DNA of 42,804 nucleotides, taken from Acidimicrobiia bacterium. Lineage in GTDB: Bacteria > Actinomycetota > Acidimicrobiia > Acidimicrobiales > JAHEJN01. The translations under genes were made by a program, and so were the position numbers. Positions 36,319 through 42,804 of this stretch are shown here, piece after piece (within the stretch, counting starts at the first letter, position 1; each line of letters starts with the position of its first letter). The notes under the pieces are model-generated. The model saw nothing but the letters and a program-made list of their open reading frames with translations. It ran no database searches and was not told the origin of the DNA. The stretch is taken from positions 1 through 42,804 of the forward strand of contig JAOTZB010000003.1 in NCBI GenBank assembly GCA_029861625.1, given 5' to 3'.

Positions 36319-39300
36319 GTGACGGCACTCTCGTATCCGGCCGATCTGCCGATCACCGAACGGCGCGGCGACCTCCTCGATGCCATCGGTGCGAATCAGG
36401 TCGTCGTGGTCGCCGGCGAGACCGGCTCGGGCAAGAGCACGCAGCTGCCGAAGCTCTGTCTCGAGCTGGGGCGCGGCGTCGACGGTCTCATCGGTCACAC
36501 GCAGCCTCGCCGGCTCGCGGCACGGTCGATCGCCGAGCGCGTCGCCGAAGAGCTCGGTACCGAGATCGGCGGCGCCGTCGGTTATGCCGTGCGCTTCGAT
36601 GATCGCGTCGGCGACGCGACCCGAGTGAAGCTGATGACCGACGGTCTCCTCCTCGCCGAGGTCCAACATGATCGGACGCTGCGCCGCTACGACACGATCA
36701 TCATCGACGAGGCGCACGAACGAAGCCTCAACATCGACTTCCTTCTCGGGTACCTCACACAGCTCCTCCCTCGTCGCCCCGATCTGAAGGTCATCATCAC
36801 GTCCGCGACCATCGACACGGAGCGCTTCGCGGCGCACTTCGACGACGCGCCGATCATCGAGGTCTCGGGGCGCACGTACCCCGTCGAGTACCGCTACCGA
36901 CCCGTCGACGGCTCCGACGGCAGGCCCGGACGCGACCAACCCCAGGGCATCTGTGACGCCGTCGAGGAGCTCATCACCGAAGGCCCCGGTGACATCCTGG
37001 TCTTCTGCAGCGGTGAGCGCGACATCCGTGACGCCGCCGAGGCGCTCGACGGCCTCCGGCTCGCGGCCACCGAGATCTTCCCGCTCTTCGCCCGGCTCTC
37101 GTCCGCCGAACAACACCGGGTCTTCAAGAAGCATCGGGGCCGGCGCATCGTGTTGGCCACCAACGTGGCGGAGACGTCGCTCACCGTTCCCGGGATCCGC
37201 TACGTCGTCGACCCCGGCAACGCACGCATCTCCCGGTACAGCAATCGCACGAAGGTGCAGCGCCTCCCGATCGAGGCGGTCTCGCGGGCGTCGGCCGACC
37301 AACGCGCCGGTCGTTGCGGCCGGGTCGGCCCCGGTGTCTGCATCCGCCTCTACTCCGAAGAGGACTACCTCGGTCGACCGGAGTTCACCGAGCCCGAGAT
37401 CACCCGCACGAACCTCGCGTCGGTGATCCTCCGGATGGCGGCCCTCGGGCTCGGCGACGTCGAGGCGTTCCCATTCGTCGACCCGCCCGATCGCCGCAAC
37501 ATCCGCGACGGCATCGCCCTGCTCGAGGAGCTCAACGCGGTCGACCCCGACCGCCACGGCACCAAGCGATGGCTGACACCCATGGGCCGACAGCTCGCGG
37601 AGCTGCCGATCGACCCGAGGTTGGCCCGGATGGTCGTCGAGGCGGGTGAGAACGGATGCCTGCACGAGGTCACCGTGATCGCGGCGGCCTTGTCGATCCA
37701 GGATCCTCGCGAGCGGCCCGCCGACAAGCGCCAGGCTGCCGATGAGCTCCACGCGCGGTTCACCCATCCCGACTCCGACCTGCTCGGCCATCTCGCCCTG
37801 TGGGACTACTTCCATGCCGAGCGCACGGCCCGTGGTTCCAGCCAGTTCCGCAAGATGTGTCGACGCGAACACCTCAACTTCATGCGGCTCCGCGAATGGC
37901 AGGACATCCATGGCCAGCTCCGGCGGGTGGCGCGCTCCTTGCACCTCACACCGAGCGACGAGCCGGCGACCCCCGATCGGATCCATCGATCGTTGCTGGC
38001 CGGGCTGTTGTCGCACATCGGCATGCAGGACACCACGGACAACGCCGCATTCAAGGGTCGCCGGGGCAACGTCAGACCGAAGGGCCGCAAACGCGTCGAG
38101 TACCGAGGCGCACGTGGGGCCAAGTTCGCCATCGCCGCCGGTTCGACCCTCGCGAACAGCGCACCCGGCTGGGTCATGGCGGCCGAGCTCGTCGAGACCA
38201 ACCGGCTCTGGGCCCGCGGCGTCGCCCGGATCGACCCACAGTGGGCCGAGCAGGTCGGTCAGCACCTGGCGACATACACGTACGGCGAGCCCTGGTGGGA
38301 TGCCGATGGCGGCGTCGCCATGGTGCACGAGGGAGTGACGCTCTATGGGCTGCCCATCATTGCGAAGCGGCCGGTGCCGGTCGGCCGCGTCGACGCCGAG
38401 CTGGCCCGCGAACTGTTCATCCATCATGCACTGGTCGCTCGCGAGTGGGATGCGCCCCACGCGTTCCTCGAGCACAACGCCAACGTACTCACACGGGTCG
38501 AGGCCCTCGGCGCCCGATCGCGCCGTCACGATCTGGTCGTCGAGAATCAGGCGGTCTTCGACTTCTACGATGCCCGCGTCGGCAGCGACGTCGTGTCGAC
38601 TCGCCACTTCGACACGTGGTGGAAGGACACTGCCCGGACCGATCCCGAGCTGCTCGACTTGAGCGTCGAAGCACTCGTCGAGAACCCCGATGCGATCGTC
38701 GACGCCGAGGCCTTCCCCGAGACCTGGCACACGCGTGTCGATGGCACGGAGCTCGACCTGGCAATCGGCTACGAGCTCGATCCCGACAGCAGCACCGACG
38801 GTGTCACCGTGACCATCCCGGTCGGCGTCGTGCACCAACTCGACCCGGCAATGTTCGACTGGAGCGTGCCCGGGTTCCGCCGCGAGGTGGTCACCACGCT
38901 GATTCGATCCCTGCCGAAGGATCTGCGGAAACCGTTCGTCCCCATCCCCGAGACGGTCGACGCCGTGCTCCCGAAACTCGACCCAGCCGACGGCTCGCTC
39001 CTCGAGACGCTCAGCGTCCAGCTCAGCCGCATGGGCGCCATCGCCGTCGACCCGAACGATCTCGACCTCGCTCGCGTCGAGCCGCATCTGCGGCCGAACC
39101 TGAAGGTCGTCGACGACAGCGGCGATCAGCTGCTCGTGAGCAAGAATCTGGGGGCGATCGTCGCTGCCCTCCGGCGCCATGCCATGGCGAGCCTGGCGCG
39201 CGAGGGCCACGAGCTCGAACGGTCCGGCCTGCGATCGTGGTCGATCGGGACACTGCCCCGCGTGGTCGAGACCACCAGCGCCGGGTACCCGGTGCGGGCG

Positions 39301-40071
39301 CATCCGGCGCTCGTCGACGCGGGTGACGATGTAGCGGTGCGGCTGTTCGCGACCGAAGCCGAGCAGCTCGCCGCCCACCGCCTCGGGCTGCGTCGGCTCG
39401 TGCGACTCGGGGTCTCGACACCGGCGAAGCGCTTCGATCGACTATTGCCCGACGAGACCAAGCTGGCTCTGGCGAAAGGCTCGGTGCAGTCGACGGTCGA
39501 CTGGTACAACGACGCAATCGACTGTGCCCTCGACGCGCTCATCGACGCGAACGGTGGTGTGGCATGGACCGAGGCCGACTTCTCGATGCTCGTCGATGCC
39601 GTCACCCGTCAGCTCGACGACACGTTGCCGCTGGTCGCCGAGGCCGTGGGTCGTCTCGTCGCCCGTATCGAGCACATCGACCGCTTGGTCGACGATGCCG
39701 TCGCCCCGGCGCTGCAACCTGCGGTCCGGGACGTCCGGGCTCATCTCTCCCAGCTCGTCTACCCGGGATTTCTCGCCGGCGTCGGATTGGACCGCCTGGA
39801 CGACATCGGTCGCTATCTCGACGGCATCGAACGACGCTTGTCGAAGCTTCGGGAACGGGTGCCGCAGGACCGCCGGATCATGCAGCGCTGCACCGCGCTC
39901 GAGCTCGAATACGAACAACTCGGCGAGTCGCTCCCACCATCGGGCGCGCTCGAAGACGTCGGTTGGATGCTCCAGGAGCTCAGGGTCAGCCTGTTCGCGC
40001 CGTCCATCGGCGCGAAGGGACCCGTCAGCGAGCGTCGTATCCGCCAGGCGATGATCGAGCTCGGACCGTAA
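36319..40071 (+). CDS. hrpA: ATP-dependent RNA helicase HrpA
   Basis: GETGSGKST, DEAHERS, SAT, QRAGRCGR, C-terminal WMLQELRVSLFA; 1250 aa. TAGCGT lies 6 nt before the GTG. Confidence 0.97.
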   Translation: MTALSYPADLPITERRGDLLDAIGANQVVVVAGETGSGKSTQLPKLCLELGRGVDGLIGHTQPRRLAARSIAERVAEELGTEIGGAVGYAVRFDDRVGDATRVKLMTDGLLLAEVQHDRTLRRYDTIIIDEAHERSLNIDFLLGYLTQLLPRRPDLKVIITSATIDTERFAAHFDDAPIIEVSGRTYPVEYRYRPVDGSDGRPGRDQPQGICDAVEELITEGPGDILVFCSGERDIRDAAEALDGLRLAATEIFPLFARLSSAEQHRVFKKHRGRRIVLATNVAETSLTVPGIRYVVDPGNARISRYSNRTKVQRLPIEAVSRASADQRAGRCGRVGPGVCIRLYSEEDYLGRPEFTEPEITRTNLASVILRMAALGLGDVEAFPFVDPPDRRNIRDGIALLEELNAVDPDRHGTKRWLTPMGRQLAELPIDPRLARMVVEAGENGCLHEVTVIAAALSIQDPRERPADKRQAADELHARFTHPDSDLLGHLALWDYFHAERTARGSSQFRKMCRREHLNFMRLREWQDIHGQLRRVARSLHLTPSDEPATPDRIHRSLLAGLLSHIGMQDTTDNAAFKGRRGNVRPKGRKRVEYRGARGAKFAIAAGSTLANSAPGWVMAAELVETNRLWARGVARIDPQWAEQVGQHLATYTYGEPWWDADGGVAMVHEGVTLYGLPIIAKRPVPVGRVDAELARELFIHHALVAREWDAPHAFLEHNANVLTRVEALGARSRRHDLVVENQAVFDFYDARVGSDVVSTRHFDTWWKDTARTDPELLDLSVEALVENPDAIVDAEAFPETWHTRVDGTELDLAIGYELDPDSSTDGVTVTIPVGVVHQLDPAMFDWSVPGFRREVVTTLIRSLPKDLRKPFVPIPETVDAVLPKLDPADGSLLETLSVQLSRMGAIAVDPNDLDLARVEPHLRPNLKVVDDSGDQLLVSKNLGAIVAALRRHAMASLAREGHELERSGLRSWSIGTLPRVVETTSAGYPVRAHPALVDAGDDVAVRLFATEAEQLAAHRLGLRRLVRLGVSTPAKRFDRLLPDETKLALAKGSVQSTVDWYNDAIDCALDALIDANGGVAWTEADFSMLVDAVTRQLDDTLPLVAEAVGRLVARIEHIDRLVDDAVAPALQPAVRDVRAHLSQLVYPGFLAGVGLDRLDDIGRYLDGIERRLSKLRERVPQDRRIMQRCTALELEYEQLGESLPPSGALEDVGWMLQELRVSLFAPSIGAKGPVSERRIRQAMIELGP

Positions 40072-40135
40072 CCACCGACCCGTCCACGTCGGGCCGGCCC
40101 GTGTCGGGCCATCCCCGCTGCCGTACGATCCACTC

Positions 40136-40609
40136 GTGCTCGACGATGATGTCCACCTCGTCCGGACGTTCGTGCTCGCCGCAGAAGCCAGGTCCGCCGG
40201 TGACCACCCCTTCGGAGCCCTGTTGGTCGTCGAGAACGAACGCGTGGCCGAGGCAAGGAACCGGGTGATCACCGATCGCGACATCACCGCGCACGCAGAG
40301 ACCGTCCTCGTCCGCGATCTGGAGCGGCAGCGCCGCTCGGAGCTACTGGCCGACGGAACCGTCTACGCGTCGTGCGAGCCGTGCCCGATGTGTGTTGGCG
40401 CCATGTTCTGGGCCGGGGTCCGACGGGTCGTCTACGGGCTCTCGACCGCCCGACTCACCCAGCTCGCGACCGCGCCCGGTGCCACACCTGTCGGGTTCAC
40501 GATCACCGCACCGGAGATCGGCGCCGCGGCCACGCCGCCGATGACCTTCGACGGGCCCCACCGCGAAGACGATGCCGCTGCACCCCACCTCGGCTTCTGG
40601 GTGCGCTGA
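40136..40609 (+). CDS. Nucleoside/nucleobase deaminase (CDA superfamily)
   Basis: PFGA, HAE, CEPCPMC zinc motif. TACGAT lies 6 nt before the GTG. Confidence 0.93.
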   Translation: MLDDDVHLVRTFVLAAEARSAGDHPFGALLVVENERVAEARNRVITDRDITAHAETVLVRDLERQRRSELLADGTVYASCEPCPMCVGAMFWAGVRRVVYGLSTARLTQLATAPGATPVGFTITAPEIGAAATPPMTFDGPHREDDAAAPHLGFWVR

Positions 40610-40639
40610 CCCACGAACTGTCGGTTCGACCTGGGGGTG

Positions 40640-41058
40640 CGGAGCGGGGCGGGTCCGTCGGCTCGGCGATGCCGATGCCGCGCTCGCCGGCCACGGCATA
40701 CAGCAGGTGGGTGTGTCCGTCGTCCTCGAAGATCGCCGGATCGCGCAGCTGGTTCACCGGCTCGTGGACGGCACCGTGCCGCGTTGGTTCGACTGGACGA
40801 TCGGCACCTTCCCACGGCCGTTCCGGGCGAAGGATCTCGACGGGATCCGACGCCTGCCACGACTCCCGGTCGTCGGTGAGGTCGATGGTGCTGCGCCAGA
40901 TGCGCTCCGGAGCATCACCGACACGGGTCCAGTAGACCGCCGGCACGTCGCCGACCTCGTGGAGCCCTGCGTGTCGCATCGTGTCGTCGAACAGGACCGG
41001 CCCGGGCCCGCGAGGCCGGGCCGATGATCGGCTCGTCGACGAGCCTCGTGACTCTCAC
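40640..41058 (-). pseudogene. Remnant of a conserved hypothetical (beta-propeller/glycosidase-like) gene
   Basis: The protein-like block GPVLFDDTMRH..WTRVGDAPERI..NQLRDPAIFEDDG..LLYAVAGERGIGIAE has an in-frame stop just upstream. A short N-terminus-like piece (VRVTRLVDEPIIGP) lies in another frame. Confidence 0.6.
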
Positions 41059-41069
41059 CGGCTCGGCAT

Positions 41070-42182
41070 TCAGCGGCGCGGTTCGCGGGGCAGACCGAGC
41101 ACCCGCTCACCCAGGATGTTGCGCATGATGTTCGACGTGCCGCCCATGATCGTGTAGCCGGGGGCGTAGCTGATCGCACGTGTCCATTCCGAGTCGAGCG
41201 TGGCCTCGGCCCCGAGCATCCGGGCCGCGAAGTCGGCAACCCGTGCCTCGTGCTCGGTGCAGTACACCTTGGTCGCGGCACTGAAGCCGGCCGGGGCCTG
41301 GCGCAGGACCTCGCGGTAGACGAGCAGCCGACCGACTCGGTAGCCGGTCTCGAGCGCGGCGATCTCCTGGCGCACGATCGGGTCGGTCGTGTCGGCCGCG
41401 CCGACCGCATGATCGAAGAGGGCCCGGTTCGAGACGAGCCGGTCGATGCCGCCCCGTTCGTGTTCGAGCTGGCGCATGGTCTGCTTGAACGCGTCGCCCG
41501 GCACCCCGACGAGGTTCACCGCCGGAATCCGTACGTCGGTGAAGTACACCTCGCAGAAGTGCCGGTTCGTCGTCATGTCGGTGATCGGACGCACGTCGAT
41601 GCCCGGAGACGTCATGGGCACGATCAGCTCGCTGATGCCGCGGTGGGGCGGGCCCTCGGCGCCCGTCCTGCAGATGAGATAGCAGTAGTCGGCGACGTCG
41701 CCGAAGCTCGTCCAGATCTTCTGGCCGTTGACCACCCACTGGTCGCCGTCGAGAGTGGCCGATGTCGACAACGATGCCAGGTCGGACCCGGCGTCGGGTT
41801 CGCTCATGCCGATACACCACGTGGTCTCGCCTGCGAGCATCGGCGGCAGGTACTCGGCCTGCTGGTCGGGTGTGCCGTAGGCGATGAGCGTGGGACCCAT
41901 CTGGCGGTCGGCGAACCACATCGCGGCAATGGGCGCGCCGGCACTGATCATCTCGTCGGCGACGATGACGCGCTCGATCGGGGGTCGTTCGCGGCCGCCG
42001 TGTTCCCTCGGCCAGCCCATGCCGATCCAACCCTCGGCCGCCATGACGCCTGCGAACTCCTTGGAGAACCCGTTGATCCAGGAGTCGTTGTGGCGACCGA
42101 ATGCCTCGACACCCTCGGCGGCGACCCGTCTGGCCCTGGCCCGCAGCGCTTCGAGCTCGTCGTCGAGCCGGAAGTCGAGCAT
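41070..42182 (-). CDS. Acyl-CoA dehydrogenase family protein
   Basis: CIGMSEPDAGSDLASL, VNGQKIWTS, FCEVYFTDV, TIMGGTSNIMRNILGERVLGLPR; GGGGGAG SD before ATG 42182. Confidence 0.95.
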   Translation of the reverse strand: MLDFRLDDELEALRARARRVAAEGVEAFGRHNDSWINGFSKEFAGVMAAEGWIGMGWPREHGGRERPPIERVIVADEMISAGAPIAAMWFADRQMGPTLIAYGTPDQQAEYLPPMLAGETTWCIGMSEPDAGSDLASLSTSATLDGDQWVVNGQKIWTSFGDVADYCYLICRTGAEGPPHRGISELIVPMTSPGIDVRPITDMTTNRHFCEVYFTDVRIPAVNLVGVPGDAFKQTMRQLEHERGGIDRLVSNRALFDHAVGAADTTDPIVRQEIAALETGYRVGRLLVYREVLRQAPAGFSAATKVYCTEHEARVADFAARMLGAEATLDSEWTRAISYAPGYTIMGGTSNIMRNILGERVLGLPREPRR

Positions 42183-42392
42183 CGTGATCTCCCCCTGCAC
42201 CCGTGCAGCCGTCCGTCACCGTTCGGAGAGCAGTCTGGCAGCTCGTGCCCATCGCGACGTCGGAGACAGGACCGAACCGACCGCGGAGTGTGACTTTCGG
42301 CAGTGGTCGGCTCGGCCTTGTGCTGGGATCATGCTGGTCAGGTTCTCCGGATCGACGAGTTGGTCGGGTGGCACTCGCTCAAGGGGTTCGAC

Positions 42393-42804
42393 ATGGGGCT
42401 GCGCGGATGGATTGCTCGGGTCGTCGTGATCGTGTTGTCAGCGGCGGTCATGCCACTCGTCGCGCGGTCGGCGAGCGGCGCCGGAGACGAGGTGAGCGTC
42501 TGGTTCTTCTCGAACCAGCTCGTCGGCGGCAGCGCTGACTCCGTCCTCTACTTCGGCTCGGCGACCGATGCGGACTTCTCGGTCGGCGATTGGAATGGCA
42601 ACGGTGTGGACGACCTGGCCCGGCGGAGGGGCAACGTTTTCACGGTTCGCGACATCCAGACCGGAGTCGAGTCCGCGGTCGGCTACGGCCGGCCCGGCGA
42701 CGAGGTCTTCGTCGGCGACTGGGACGGCAACGGCACCGACACCTTCGCCGTCCGACGGGGCAACGTCTTCTTCGTCAAGAACACCATCTCCTCGGGCCCC
42801 GCCG
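42393..42804 (+). CDS. Secreted protein with FG-GAP/VCBS-like GDW(N/D)G repeats (partial)
   Basis: Not in the ORF track because it is open at the window edge. AAGGGG SD, signal peptide MGLRGWIARVVVIVLSAAVMPLVARSASG, repeats VGDWNGNGVDD and VGDWDGNGTDTFAVRRGN. Confidence 0.8.
   Translation, partial: MGLRGWIARVVVIVLSAAVMPLVARSASGAGDEVSVWFFSNQLVGGSADSVLYFGSATDADFSVGDWNGNGVDDLARRRGNVFTVRDIQTGVESAVGYGRPGDEVFVGDWDGNGTDTFAVRRGNVFFVKNTISSGPA

Noticed and set aside
36217-39378. 1053-aa antisense ORF over hrpA, and the other long overlapping ORFs in the track (e.g. 4528-6006, 17486-18850, 31915-33270)
   Set aside because: Shadow ORFs of high-GC codon bias, opposite or overlapping genes with clear motifs; they carry no recognisable domains.
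31711-40609. SNF2, HrpA and deaminase as an anti-phage defence island
   Set aside because: The genes are on different strands, are separated by a crotonase gene, have housekeeping architectures, and come with no nuclease, methylase or mobility genes or compositional shift.

Overview
High-GC actinobacterial chromosome segment, Acidimicrobiia-like by gene content (inference). No mobile elements, rRNA, tRNA or CRISPR arrays were seen. From left to right it holds: a complete System I cytochrome c maturation operon (ccmABCDEF-G-H-TPR, minus strand); a class E sortase with a septum-formation-type lipoprotein; a P450; otsA plus an OtsB-GH15 fusion; small housekeeping genes; an Aap/Bzt-type amino-acid ABC transporter whose first permease carries an N-terminal RDD-like domain; SDR and F420-dependent enzymes; SNF2 and HrpA helicases; and lipid-catabolic enzymes. 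The ORF track misses several things. (1) A candidate ~265-nt rod-shaped ncRNA (6S/Ms1-like architecture) on the minus strand at ~15685-15952, with its own TTGACA-17-GATAGT promoter and 12-bp terminator hairpin; it also contains a 15-codon ORF with a perfect SD. (2) A thioredoxin-fold selenoprotein split at an in-frame UGA (W-U-G-C) with a SECIS-like hairpin, translationally coupled to iolB and a LacD-type aldolase. (3) Two genes apparently collapsed by internal deletion. (4) A four-unit 11-bp OmpR-family-type operator. (5) A 56-aa four-Cys microprotein. (6) A structured uORF-containing leader ahead of the SNF2 gene. (7) Widespread leaderless promoters. All family calls come from motif recognition by eye; no database searches were run.
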